Below are positions 13,771 through 27,217 of a stretch of 64,000 nucleotides of DNA, one piece after another. Below the pieces are notes generated by a model, which was not told where the DNA came from, ran no database searches, and saw only the letters and a program-made list of their open reading frames with translations. Numbering within the stretch: position 1 is the stretch's first letter; each line of letters begins with the position of its first letter. The DNA is from Carcharhinus amblyrhynchos (taxonomy: Eukaryota): positions 37,138,001 through 37,202,000 of the forward strand of contig OZ336886.1 of assembly GCA_965287045.1 (NCBI GenBank), given 5' to 3'. The position numbers and the translations under genes are program-made.

Positions 13771-14519
13771 CACAAAATTAAATAATTTTATTAAGTAGCC
13801 AGGTTAACATTTATATATTTTTCCTTCCTGTCTTCTGGATGGGACACTTTCAAAATAAAAGTTGTAATTCATTACTTCTGTGTATGTTTTATTGTTTGAA
13901 ATGTTCAGCTATAATTTGTCTTATTTCTATCCTAATTTCTTCATGTACCCTTTGATGCTTTCATCTGATTCTGTTGTCTTGCATGCACAGTTAAGCACCA
14001 TAAATTTGAGAGGGTTATCGGGCAAATAGCTGAGCTATTGCCCTAGAAATTGGATCATGACCCCATGTGGTTGTAAACTTGTACGAGGTGCTTTATAGGG
14101 GAAAGGGAGGGGAAGGGGAAGATCATGGCATATTGCCTCATAAGGATTACATTGGTGAATAACAGCCTCAAAGGGAGTTCAGCAGACGTGGTTGAAGGAG
14201 GGTGTCAAGATCAGCCTCAGGAAAATTAGCATGGAGTTTAGAGGAGGGTGGGCTGGCAGCAAGCTTTAGCTGGCAATTTTAATATTGAGCCAGAATGAGT
14301 ACTGATTGTTCAGTAGGGTAAGTTTAAAGAAAACTTGAAACTTTTTTAGTGGCAGCTTCCAGCGGTCTCCTTAAGGACCATTGTTTGCTGCTAAGCAGCA
14401 GAAGAAATTTGTCACAACATCGAATGCATGTTGTGACTATTCATAGGCCAATTTGTCAAAAGGGCCTGAAACAGCCATTTGGTGCCTTGACTTGCATTTG
14501 CAATGGGCCTTTATGAGTG

Positions 14520-16335
14520 GTTATGTTATTGCACTAACAATGCAGAAGCCTGAGCAAATAATCCAGAGACTTGAGTGCATATTCCACTGTGACGATGTGA
14601 ATTTGAATTTAGTACTTTCTTACTTAAATAAAACTGGAATATAAAGTTGGTATCACTACTGGTTGCTATGAAGCCACAATTCCAACTCAAAAGCTTATGT
14701 CCTTTAGACAAAGAAACCTGCCTTTCTTGCCCAATCTGGCCTTTGTGTGATTCCAGAAACGTAGCAATGTTGTTGACTCTTAAGTTCTCTCTGAAATATC
14801 TCAAAGAGCTACAATGTTGCACCAAACTCTTCGCGAGAAATAGAATAATGCCTGATAAACATTTGAATTTGATTTTTGCAACAGATCCCATTGGTAAACT
14901 CTGTCAACCAGTCAACCCTGCAAAGTCCTCCTCACTAGCATCTGCAAAAAGTAAGAGAATTGTTCCACAGAGTATTCAAGCAACAACTTGACGTAGTTAT
15001 AATCACAGAATCATGTCTTTCAGTTAATGTTCCACACACGCCCTCCGTCGCCATCCCTGGTACATTCCACTCCACTATGATGGAACAGTGAGATATAGTC
15101 TGAAGGCATTGGCCCTGGAATATCATACCAAACATGGAGAGGGAAACCTGTTGAATACTACTAATCACCCTTCTTCAACCAAAAATGTTGTACCACCACT
15201 GAATGAATTGGCTAAGTCCTGAAACACACATCTGCCAAACTGTGCTAGTGGCAGGTGCTGAGGGGACCAACTTTGTAATATAAAGCTAGTATGCTATCAT
15301 TGATTGTCATTACAAACCAAACTGTTTCACTAATGCCCCTTGAGGAAGAAAATCAGCTGGCCTTATCTGGTCTGGCCTTCATATGACTCCAGACTCAATA
15401 ATGTGGTTGACTCTTAAATGCCCTCTGAAATGGCCTAGTAAGCCACTCAGTTTAAAGATGGGCTACTTTTGCAGCTTTGCCAACAATTTCCGCCATCCCA
15501 TGAAAGCAATAAAAAATAATTCTGATTCCTTTGTAGCTGTTCCCATAGAACATGGAGCCTAAGAATACATTGAAATCATTTAATTGATTGGTCGGGGATC
15601 TCTTATCTCTAGTCACTGATTGGAAGTCTCTTCCTCAAAAGGACACGAGTGAAACAGTTTGGTTTGTAATGACAATCAGTGATAACTTACAAACTTTATG
15701 TTCCAAAGTTGTTTATTGAATTTAAATTCTACCAGCTGCCATGGTGAGATTTGAACCCCTGCCCCCCCAGAGCAAAAACCAGTTTTTAATCAATTTGATT
15801 CATTCCAAGTAATGTTAAGAAATGGAAGAACCGACTGTTTGTAGTAGAGCCTGTGACCCTTGAAAATCTCTCAACTATAGCGCTGAAGACTTGTGCTCTA
15901 GAACTAGCTGAACGTCGAGCCAAACTACTTCTTTACAGCTACAGCATTGGTATTTACCAAATAAGGTGATCTTATTGAAGCTGTGCTAGTGGCAGGTGCT
16001 AAGGAAATCAATTTTGTAATATAAAGCTAGTAAGCTATCATTGATTGTCATTACAAACTAAACTATTTCACAAATCCCCGATAAAAAGATCTTGAGTGTA
16101 CTTGACAGGAAAGAAAGAATGAGGGGACACAGTTTAAGAATAAGACAAGGGAAGAAAATTCTTTTGTCTTAAAGGGTCGGGGGGGACTTCCTTTCCTAAC
16201 AGCACCGTGGGTGTTCCTACAAGGTGGACAATAGCGGTTTAAAAAGGACACCACCATCTTCTCAAGGACAATTAGAGATCAGCAATAAATGCTGGACTAG
16301 CCAGTGATAGCCACATCCCATGAACAAATAAAAAA
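14520..16335 (+). mobile_element. Fragmented CR1-group LINE/SINE cluster (tRNA-like 5' head, APE endonuclease piece, RT piece, 3' tails)
   Basis: Endonuclease motifs KVLLT and QQLDVVIITESCL near 14920-15020. RT piece LKTCALELA near 15880. Tails ccatcccatgaaagcaataaaaaa (15500) and ccacatcccatgaacaaataaaaaa (16320). Confidence 0.7.
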
Positions 16336-16349
16336 AGTATATGGAATTC

Positions 16350-16510
16350 TTTTCGCCATGGAAGCTGTATCATAAGGCAGTCAAGGGTTATGGGGGCAGA
16401 CAGGAAAATAGAGTTGAGATCGTAACCAGATTAGCCATGATCTTATTGAATGGTGGAGCAGACACGGAAGGCTGAATGACCAGTTCCTGCTCATAAGTCC
16501 TATGTTCCAT
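16350..16510 (+). mobile_element. CR1 3' end
   Basis: gtcaagggttatggggg...ttagccatgatcttattgaatggtggagcag...cctatgttcc. Confidence 0.75.
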
Positions 16511-18299
16511 GATCCAACAAGGTCACTGCTTTCAGGATTGAAAGGAAGTGTGAGAGAGTTGGCAAGGAGATTGGATAAAACAAAATAAATGCACATTCAA
16601 ATACTCCGGCTTTAGTCACCATTCTATTACTCACCTATTTGTGTACTTGGACCTCTGATCATTCTGAAATCATTCTGATTTTGAAAAGCATTCCTTTATT
16701 TAGTGAAAATGATTTATTTAAGATTTCTTTCAGTAGTATTAAATCCATGTTTCTATCCTTAACGGAATATGTTTTAACTTATCATGCCTTGTGAAGTGAG
16801 TCTCTCTGCACCACTACTAAATTTTGGGTAATACTATGTAACTAAAGCAGATAAAGATGTGCAGAAGTATTACTCAAATGTCATGAATCATTCTATTACT
16901 GTGAGATTAACTGTTATCTACAAAGACAAATGTAAAACAATCAAAATCAAACAACAATTTACTTATGGTTTCTTTTACTCGTTTTCTCATTTACTGTAAT
17001 CTTGCATTATATTTACAGCTCAACAACTATTTATATTCAAGACAAGACTTTTCCTACTCTATTTTATGGATTAATATGTACTTATATACTTTTATCTTTC
17101 GTATTTGCCTAGCTTCCTCTTTAATACATCTATGCTATTCATCTTAACCATTCTGTGTGATAAAAAGTTAGGCATTTTCAAGTAGTTTCACCTGAGTTCC
17201 TTATTGGATTTCTTGGTGATTACTTTATATTTATGACCCCTGATTTTGCACTTCCCCACAACTGGAAATATCTTCTCTACAAGTGCCCCTCATAGTTTTA
17301 ACAGCCTCTTTCAAGTCACCACTAAGCCTGGAGAAGAGAGCCCCACTCTATTCAGTCTTTCCAATGTATCTATGATAACCCCTTTTCTCTAATCAAGCAA
17401 CCTTAAAATGTTTTCCTTATCTATTTTCTTTCATTTGACTTGCATCATCCATTTGGAGAACTAAGCTTTTGTATTAACTATATATTAATTACACCAATTA
17501 AACTCATACTTACCTATTTATTGACTGGTGCTGTTTACTTTTCCTTCTCCTTGCCCTATTCCTTTGCTTGTCCCTGGTGTTAAAATCCAGTTTCCTGTAT
17601 GAAGGTGGTAAAGTGTATTGACTCTGAAACTTCCTAATTAAAAAACTTAATTTGGGGATAAAACAATGAGTTCCCATAATATCCAGCTGCTTAACATTTA
17701 TATTCCTGACCTAGTCCTGTCTTTGTCTTCCCTTTTTGAAATTCAGTATTTTGAAGTGTTTTTGGGTGACCACTGTCCTCTGTTGGCTTTTCATTTTAGT
17801 TTCCTTTGTTTTATACATCCCTGATAACTTGAATTACGCAGGGTTATGATTTAAGTTGTAAATATGAATCTGTTTGAGGAGGTGTGCATAATATATTTGT
17901 GTATCAAGCATAATAATAGGGAAGCTATACTGCCTGGGTAAATGGGGTAGCATGCTTTTAAAATAGCTGTGCAAAATTTGCTGCAAATTCCCATTCAGTA
18001 TGCTGCACTTATTAGTTGCAGTTTTTATTTTTTAAGCAGCTTAAAGGTTACAAAAAATCTGATAAGATTTCATTTGAATGAAGTATAAATTCTAAATGGC
18101 TAGCTACAGCATGTTTCAAAAAAAAAGTGTCTTTTTTCTTTTATGGTTTCCTTCAAATCTGTTTGTTACCAGCTCAGTTGTCCTCCTGCTGAGAAGTAGC
18201 GATGCAAAAGCGGGTTGCAAAGATGATAAATAATTGCTATCACTAATAGTTGACAAAGACAGAGACGTGGAGTGGAATAATATGGATTTATTTAACCAA

Positions 18300-19230
18300 A
18301 GCTGTTGGGAGATTGCTGGAGGAAGGAAAAATGATTTCTGGCAGAGTTCTAACTGAAAACTGTTGTATGAACCTAGTTTTCCCATGAGCACAGAATCCAA
18401 CAAATGCAGTTTGCTGTTTTGATATATCTGTAGTTTGTGTGCATGGAGTGTGAATAGATTGAGCAAGTCGTATCATGCTTAAACTAAAGGAACCTGAGCA
18501 AATACCAGCTAACTCTTCATGATCTGTGCTCTGCTTTGATGCTGTTGTGTGATGTTGGCAGTAGTGATCATTAGAAACCCTACAGTGCAGAAAGAGGCCA
18601 TTTGGCCCATTGAGTCTCCACCGACCACAATCCCACCCATTCCGTACCCCCATATCCCCATATATTTACCCGTTAATCTCTCTAACTTACACATCTCAGA
18701 ACACTAAGGGGCAATTTTAGCATGGCCAGTCATCCTAATCCGCACATCTTTGTACTGTGGGAGGAAACTGGAGCACCTGGAGGAAACCCACACAGACAGT
18801 GACCCAAGCCGGGAATCGAACGCAGGTCCCTGGAGCTGTGAAGCAGCAGTGCTAACCACTGTGCTACCGTGATGTTGAGATACAGAATGAACCTGTTTAA
18901 CCAAATTTGGATTGTAGATGGAAACAATCCATTAATGATAGTTGGGATGCAGTATTACAAAATGTTCACAGAATTAAAAGATTTTTGGCATCCAAGAGGA
19001 GTTGACGGAACTGCAAAAATGGGGTACATTGTAAGCCTTTACACCAAGCCATAATATAATCCTTGGTTTGTAAAGTGACAATCGGCTTTCAAAGTGTCGT
19101 GGCAGTCTCTGCATGAAGTATGCTAACAGACGTCTCTGTGAATTGAGTGACATCAAAGAAATGAGCAACCTGCTTACAGCTATAAAGAAAAATTGCAGGT
19201 CCTTGCACAAAGGTAGTGAATTACACACTT
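18300..19230 (+). mobile_element. Very decayed Harbinger-type transposase relic, split by a SINE
   Basis: Ordered remnants SLLFDISVVCVH, FDAVV, QSIN, FTELKDFWHPRGVD and SAFKVSW are colinear with HARBI1 motifs FDISxSTVH, FPGVVG, HSIN, FTDxxxGWPGSVHD and DSAFPLxxW. Confidence 0.3.
18572..18871 (-). mobile_element. HE1-type V-SINE
   Basis: Full head (cacggtagcacagtggttagcactgctgcttcacagctccagggacc...ttcgattcccgg), V-domain and tail. Confidence 0.9.
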
Positions 19231-22200
19231 CACTGTCAATTAAAAATTATTGTGTATGTTCAGATTGTTTGGTCCTGTTGTTATGCTTTGCACAGTTATT
19301 ATAAACATTTTTTTAAATTATCACTCAGCCAACGGGGTAGGGTCTATAGCTGACGAAAGTAGATTATTTTAATTAATTAGAAATGCTATTTGGAAAGTTG
19401 ACTTCTGAATTGTTATTACAAAATATAATACAGATTTGAATGGGTAAGCACTTGAATACTAGACTCTAATCTAAAGTATTCAGAGGTTATTCGAAAGAAT
19501 AATGTTCTGCTGCAGTCAGGGTTTATTCTTTCTTTATCTTAGTTAAATCTTATTTGTGCACATAAATCAGAGATAAAATGAATCCAGTAAATAGTCTGCT
19601 ACAGAGTTGATCAGTACTGATAATGACCACGATAAATGTTAAATAGGAGATGTATTCTGTCATACAAGGTTGCCAAGCTCAGATTATAAACTCTGCCCTT
19701 GAAACATTTCTCCTGGAGGAACCCCTCTCTAATTCTCATTCTCATTCACTTTCAATTACTCAATTGTTGAACTATTTCTGCCTGGAGCAATTGCCCAATG
19801 TACTGAGCTTTCAGTGTTCTGGAATCTGCTCCATTGCAACTTTCCAAGCATCACTGGCAATAGAGAAAAGCAACTGTGTACAAAAAAGTTCAGATATCAC
19901 AATTCCTTAAGTCCTACGTTGATATATGTGTGCAATAGCAAGTTGCATGTTTCTCTTTTTTTTGCATGGAGTGAATTGTTTTTGGCAGAATCTTCGAAGT
20001 TCCTTGAAAGTTATGAGGACCCTCATATATTCCACATAAGGGTTCCCAAGTGCACTGTAAGGAGCATCTATAACATGTGTAGAGACTTATTTGGGGCACC
20101 ACACGTATACTCCAGCAACTGAGTGGAGCAACACTATGATACTGAGCCGACTAAACCAATGATAACCTATGATCAATCTCTGGTCTGCATTGACAGTTAG
20201 CTCAAAAGGGTTAAAACCAGTTTCATTAGTCCTGAGCTTGTGAGACAGAGTCAGTTTGGATCCCTGCTGTATTAGAATATTATAATCCCTATTGTGGTGA
20301 CATATATGGGTGTTGGCTTGAAAAAGATTCATTCAGCCATGTTCAGTTTTATACTTATGCAAACTTCTAAGTTCGCACATGAAAAATGGTTGCTTGGGCA
20401 AGATGCCGGGGGATGCCACAGACCAGTGTCTTCAGGAAAGAAAAGCAAAACATTTTGGAGATGTGTGAAGGTGAGGGAAGGAAGGGATGAATGGTAATAG
20501 AAAATTTAAGTGGGAGTGTTGGGGAAAGGTGTGGAGAAAAAATTACAGTAAATTTGAACTATTAAGGAATAACTGATGTGTACAATTTTATTTAATGATA
20601 AATCACACTAGTGAAAATACAGTTTAGCTGTGTATGTAAAAAAAAAAGTTAACACCTGTAATTCTTGTTACATTTGTATAACTGGTTCTGGTTTTTAAAG
20701 GGAGTGATTATTGTGACTTGTGTGCATCGCTGTTGATGCCAGTTCTGTTTGTGCATTTCACACCCTTTATAAAATGATCTTATTTACAGGTCGTTGGTGC
20801 ACATGTCACTGTGTGCTGGGAATGTTAGGATTATCAGATTTCAGCAATGAGCTTCCAGGTTCCCTTTGTGAGTCAAGCCTGGGGCAGTGCTGAGAATGAC
20901 CGGATGCAAGGCATGGAAAGAACTGTTAGGTGACAGAAAACAGAGGTGTCCAAATTGTCTTTTTAATTTAAAAGTGACTTTCTGTTCATGGCCTGTTCCA
21001 AATGAGTGTCACACAACAAGACCATTTATATCATTCAATAATACTCCCAGCTGTATTATTGGGTGAATGCCTTCATTTAAATAAAATTACGAAGCCAAAT
21101 AACACTGGATCCAGTCTCCTTTACTCACAATTTTAGGGCAGCTTTTCAAGCATTTTGTACGCCTTGAGTGTCTCAGCATTATCATTGGAGCCTTCGTGGG
21201 CCTTGATGGGAGTGCTAATTGTCAGACCTACAGCTATTATCTTGATCTATATCCACTTCATGCTATTAAATTTCATCATCTGCATTTCTGTGACAGTGAC
21301 AGATCTGCATGTGCCCAGCATTGTGGATTTAGCTGCTTATATTTATGGGGCACTTAGTCATGGTGATGTTGTACAAAATAGCCTATTCCTCTGTAACAGT
21401 CCCTACTTCAGTTGCTTTGTGATGCTGTACATTCGTTAGATGACATTTGGAATCTTTCATTTTCAGCCAAAACTTTTAAGTTTGTGTTTAGTTGTGTCTC
21501 CTCTCAAAAGTTAAAGTCTGTTTTAACCTACTAAATATTAGCCTAAGACTAACTGGAATCATTATTCTGTTGGCAAATATGTTATTCTGTTGAAGTTTCA
21601 AGCTAGTTGAGAATTTTGGACAGATTTGTGCCTCTTTTCAGAATGTTGTTAGGGCTGAGCGTTCCAGTCGTGTTGCCCAATGTACTCCTCCAACTATTTG
21701 GGATAGCTTCAGCTGCTTGTATGTTTGAATATTGGTAACTCTTGAACTGTAGTGAAAATCTGCATATGTTTTACAGTTTTCTTATTTTAACAGCATAAGT
21801 TAGCCAACGGCAACTGCATTTTATGGAGCACATTGCTGCTTTCCTGACTGTGAGCTGTGCAATATGCTACCTGCTATGAATGAATGAAGTGGTGTGTAGT
21901 TTTCTTTCTGTCTGGGGTATCTCACTATTCCACTGTAATCTTTCTGTTTTCCCCATCTCAATATTTTTCTTTGAAGCGTGGATTCCAACAGTGGTCTTCA
22001 ATGATAGCTGTACACAACCTTTCATTATTTAGTAGCCTGTCAGGTAATGTTATTACAACATTTATGTCTTTAAGACCTTAGAAATAGACTCTTGCCAGAC
22101 AGATACACCACAACATTAGATTGTTACACAGAAGCTTCTTCATTATTTTCACCAAGCCGAATGCAGAGAGATTGTGATGTCATTCTGTCACTGATCAATT

Positions 22201-22785
22201 TAAGGTAAAAAATCCATTCTCTGGGCTCCATGAAGTCTTTCGACTTGCTTTATTTTCACCCACACCTTTGTAGCTGTTCTACAGTCCTTTAGCAGTACAC
22301 AGTAATTGGATGGCAAGTGATGCTCTGCAGCAATTGAAGCCTTACATCATGTAACATTGACAAAATCTTTATCTGCTCTCCCATCCTATATGCAGAAGTC
22401 AACCAAGCATTTTATTGTAAATTCAGAATATATTAATTTCTCTGTCTCCACATAACTGGGGCACAGAGATGCTTCTACATACTGAAGCAACCATGAAAAG
22501 GAAGATTTTAATGAATGCCTGAAACAAAGCAGTATATTACATAATAATGAGACATCCACATAAGCAAGGGTAAAGCACAATGTAGGATGGCTGAATGAAA
22601 AAACATGCCAAAATTAAAACTATCAGAATGTAAAAGCTAAAGGTTTGGAACAAAACTATCAGCGTCTTCAGAAAAACTGGTTTATGCTTTTCAACGAATG
22701 ATCCATTATCAGGACATTTCTTTAAGTTTCAGGCTTTCAATATTGTCAACTTTTATTTCTGTGTACAATGCATTTGGTTAATTCC

Positions 22786-23172
22786 GGGGGCGATTTTCCA
22801 ACCTTGCCGTGACTGGCACAGATTGTGCTGATTCCTGGGAATAGTGTGCCGGCCTAAAACCTATGAGGCTGATTAGCATACTTAAAGTAGCTGAACTACT
22901 TACTTTCACTGTTTCCAGTACATTTAACTGAGGAGGATCTCTGATATCATCCAGCTGACACAGATGGCAGGAAGACAGCCAAAAAAAAGATGGGGAGAGG
23001 GGTGCTAATAATCATGTAAAATCCCATGTCTGTCGGGGGAGGGCAGAGTCTCGCAGTGTACTGAGAGATCGAGACACTCTTGCAAAATGGCACCCGAACC
23101 CCACCCCCAAGTACCAGTGCAAAACTGCCAACTCTCCAAAAATAGTGCCTGAGTGGGGGAGGATTACAATGC
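22786..23172. mobile_element. Harbinger-type MITE fragment containing an extra ~125-bp segment
   Basis: Starts ggggcgattttcc, a shark Harbinger-MITE-type terminus, and has a GC-rich body. Confidence 0.45.
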
Positions 23173-24170
23173 ACAGTATGCCTGAAAGACCAGTGCGGAT
23201 CACTCCTGCTTTCTTGCTGTTATGATGCTTAATCAATTTTTGGGAAAACTCCACCCTATAACTCAGCTCACATTTGGGAGAATTATATTTGTACATATTC
23301 TTTTCCTTGTCTCTTCACATATTTATGCTGTCAGTATGGGTTTTGCGTGTACCTCTGGCTAAAGTGGATCCTCCCAGTTGGTGCCATAACATTGATGAAG
23401 TTGATAGTGTTTCAAAACAGGAAAAATCAAAAGTTTGCAGAGAATTTGCAAAGAGCACTATAACATTTATCAGAATAAATTTCATAAAATCCTATTTAAC
23501 AAGCAATTGAACTTTAATAGAATAATCAGCTAATGAAAAGTGATGCAAATTAATTTAACAAGTATGTTAAAAGTGAAGAGGAATGTGGAGGAACTTTGGG
23601 TGAACATTCCAGAGCAGAAGATTTGGATGGCTGAAGGCTGAAGTTAAAAGGATAGGTGGGGAGACAAGAATGTCGCATATGAGGAGGTTACAGTTGATGC
23701 AAGTGAAAAGGTCATAAAAATAATTAAATATATGGATCATGATTTTAATATTGAAACATTGTGGAAGGTAGCTCAAGGAGGACAATGGTGTTGAACATGA
23801 TGTTAGCGACTGGCAGTTGAATTAGACACTAAGATATAGAACAATTGTGTTCACCTTGAGACAGAGGCAAGACAAGATTGTTGACTAGGACACGGCGAGA
23901 ACTAAGCCTAATGAAATACAAATTTGGATGCACCCAACCCTGCACTTGAATGGTGAGGGAGATCAGACACTGGGGTGGGAGTGAGTCCAGGGTCAGGGTG
24001 ATTGCAGGCGGCGAGTGGGACAGGAGACCAGCAAGTGCCTCTCACCTTTAATTGTTGAGTCAAGAGGCATGTATATTTCTGCTCTTCTGATCTGTATATT
24101 CTGACATGTATTTCAAACATTTGCCCTTTGTCAATGCCAGATGGGTCGAAAGCCTGGTTTTCCTGAGTGC

Positions 24171-24340
24171 ATGATGTAGAGATGCCGGCGTTGGACTGGG
24201 GTAAACACAGTAAGAAGTCTCACAACACCAGGTTTACACCGTTTCACCAAAGGAACACCGTTTCCAAAAGCTTGTGGGATTACTATCAAATAAACTGGTT
24301 AGACTTAAACCTGGTGATGTGAGACTTCTTACTGTGTTTC
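24171..24340. mobile_element. Penelope-like element pLTR ends in inverted arrangement
   Basis: aaacacagtaagaagtctcacaacaccaggttta (24203-24236) is the reverse complement of taaacctggtgatgtgagacttcttactgtgttt (24306-24339). Same family as the 38329 insert. Confidence 0.8.
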
Positions 24341-24471
24341 CAGAGTACAGCCAGTCCATCAACAAATCAATCTTGCAATGAGGGATCCGTAAGAGTGGAA
24401 TGAAGTGAGGGGTGTTTGGAAGGCAGCTCCTTTATACATAACGTTCTGGTCCATGTGATTGTGTGCACTTA

Positions 24472-25240
24472 AAGATCAAAGAAAATTACTGCACAGGAAC
24501 TGATCCTTTGGCTGTCCAAGTCTGCACCGACCATGCTGCCTGAGTGAACTAAAACCCCCTACCCTTCCGGGGGCCACATCCCTCTGTTCCCAAGTTATCC
24601 CTGTATTTGTCCAGACACCCCTTAAAACTCACTATCGTATCTGCTTCCACTACCTCCCCTGGCAGTGAGTCCCAGGCACCCACCTTCCTCTGTGTAAAAA
24701 AAACTTGCCTCATGCATCTCCTTTAAACCTCGCCCTACGTACCTTAAAACTTTGCCCCCTAGTAATTGACTCTCCCACCTTGGGAAAAAGCTTCTGACTA
24801 TCCACTCTGTCCATCCCCCTCAATCTTGTAGACTTCGCCCCTCAACCTCTGCCTTTCCAATGAGAACAAACCACATTTCTCCAACCTCTCCTCATAGCTA
24901 ATGCCCTCCATACCAGGCAACATCCTGGTAAATCTTTTCAGTACCCTCTCCAAAGTCTCCTGATAGCGTTCAAATTTGGTCTCCACACTATATTCCAAGT
25001 GCGGCCTAACTAAAGTTCTATCAGCCCCAACATGACTTGCCAATTTTTAAACTCAATACTCCGGCCAATGAAGGCAAGCATGCCATATGCCTCCTTGACT
25101 ACTTTCTCCACCTGCGTTGCCACTTTTTCAATGAATTGTGTACCTGTACACCCAGATCCTATCAATACTCTTAAGGGTTCTGCCATTTACTGTATATTTT
25201 CTTCTGTATCAGACCTTCCAAAATATATTACCTCACTTGT
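24472..25240 (-). mobile_element. CR1 LINE 3' fragment
   Basis: RTLVRPHLEYSV...LERVLKRFTRMLPGMEGISYEERLEKCGLFSLERQRLRGEVYK, plus the 3'UTR. Confidence 0.88.
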
Positions 25241-25321
25241 TTCAATCGTGTCAGTGAAAAATTATCCAGAATATTTTAACCCAGTCTCCTGCCTGGGCTT
25301 TTCCTCTCTCCCAGAGGGGAA

Positions 25322-25620
25322 GAGGCGATGGCCTAGTGGTACTATCGCTAGACTATTAATCCAGAAACTCAGGTCAGTATTCTGGGGACCTGGCTTTGAA
25401 TTCTGCCACATGATGGAATTTGAATTCAATAAAAGACTCCGTTTGGCTCCCTCATGTATTTTAGGGAAGAGTATCAGCCGTCATCACCTGGTCAACCTCC
25501 ATGTGATTCCAGAGCCACAGCAATATGGTTGACTCTCAACTGCACTTGGGCAACTAGTAATGGGCAGTAAATGCTGATCAGTCAGTGATGCCCATGTCCC
25601 ACAAATGAATAAAAGTAAAA
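25322..25620 (+). mobile_element. tRNA-headed SINE sharing ends with the CR1-group LINE
   Basis: gatggcctagtggtactatcgctagactattaatccagaaactcagg...gtcccacaaatgaataaaa. Confidence 0.75.
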
Positions 25621-25827
25621 GAAATTTATAATGTTATAGTGTCATGGCTACGCATGCTCATCCAGCCATCATGATGTCTGGCATTGGCTTGATGGACCAG
25701 CTGATCTTCTCCATCAATATTGCACATTCGTAACTGCATCAAGCTAGAAAAGAAATATTGGAAGAAGGTAGTGTGGTCAAAGGCAGCAGAGGTCCAGATG
25801 ATAGTACCTTAGATCTGATTGAATCAC

Positions 25828-26025
25828 TGGACAGGAATTTCATGTCCCCATAATGTGTTTTGCCACGCTGGTCTGTCATTAGCTGTTGGTAGATCTTCTG
25901 GTCCACTGCTGTCAGTGGGAGTTGCTGTTGTCTGCACCCCCACCACTGGAAAACTTACATCTGGGGTTCACCGTTGGTGGGACCGGAAGATCCTGCCAGC
26001 AGGTTTGGCCAGAAAATTCCAGCAA
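25828..26025. mobile_element. Harbinger-type MITE (related copy at 34467-34615)
   Basis: Imperfect inverted ends, including agatcttctggtcc / ggaccggaagatcc and a terminal gaaaattccagc. 34467 begins ggctggaattttcc. Confidence 0.55.
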
Positions 26026-27217
26026 CAAGTGACCCAAAAATCTAAGCTGAATTTCTTTCTGCCCAGAACAACTTCCACTACTAGCAAATCAATATTTCTC
26101 ATCTGATAAACCCAGCCAAGTCAAGGTCAGCTATATACCCATCTGACCCACATTGTCACTTTTCAAAAAAGCACAGCCAAGCTAGTTTCTAAACAAATTG
26201 CAATCTTTATTCCATTGTTGCAATACAAGGATATATCAAAAACAGATTGAGAGAGATTTTGATCAAACTCCATCTGATAAGTGAGAATCACCTGCAAAAA
26301 AAATAAGTATCAACCCCACCCCAAAGCCTCAACAAAGTGTTGGAGAGATTGAACAATCTTACATGTTTTAATTGTACGCCAAGATTGAACCCTACTGATA
26401 AAAGTTGGTGCATGGAATTTAGTTGAACAGAAACAAATATTGAAGATTGTGCCTGAATTACTAGCTGAATTCTATTTTTTATCATAGCATTCATCATGTG
26501 GTGCTTCTATATTTAGATCTGGGCAACCTTCAGAGTTTCGTCCTAAATCAACATCTCACTGCAACTTATTGAGATGGTGACAGGTGCAACCTTCCCTTCT
26601 CCAGTCGGTCAATTTTGAAGTGGAAGTTACTCAACCACTTTGGTTAATGTGCTTGAAAGAAACACTCCTTTTGTTTAAATCCTTCTTTTGCCATTAATAA
26701 CTAGCCACTCATTGACAGTATTTGCCGTATGATCTTTGCACTGTGTGAGAGAGGCATCTGCAGCCTGTTCCTTGATGTTTATGGAGCAATAATGCTGCAG
26801 GTAAAAACAATCAGTGGGCCTTAAATATTTCAGAAAGAGGCAATCACAGCAGTAAAAGCTGACACTGCTCCTCTGAACAACATCCAGCAGTTATTATACT
26901 TTTGATCATTTTTCAAATCAAAGGAAGTTAAGAACCACAATCCCAAAGAATGATAGACTTTGCTGTTTCATTTGAAACACCTGACTCTTGTTAAATTGAA
27001 GAGTTTCAATTCATTGAAAGTGTTTTCTATGTTTATGGAAGTAAGGTAAATTTAGTTTAAAGGAAATTTTATTTTTCAAACAATATTAGAAACTAAAATA
27101 TTAGTTACTTTGGGTTAAATATGAAAGGCAGGTTGAGGAAACCAAGACGTTTGAGTTTCCTTGCATGTTGTTGAGGTTTGATTCCACAGTGCACATTCTT
27201 TGGCTTTGGCAGACTTA

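Noticed and set aside
18800-18871. tRNA gene-like sequence
   Set aside because: It is the tRNA-derived head of an HE1 SINE, not a cloverleaf gene. The same applies to the other SINE heads.
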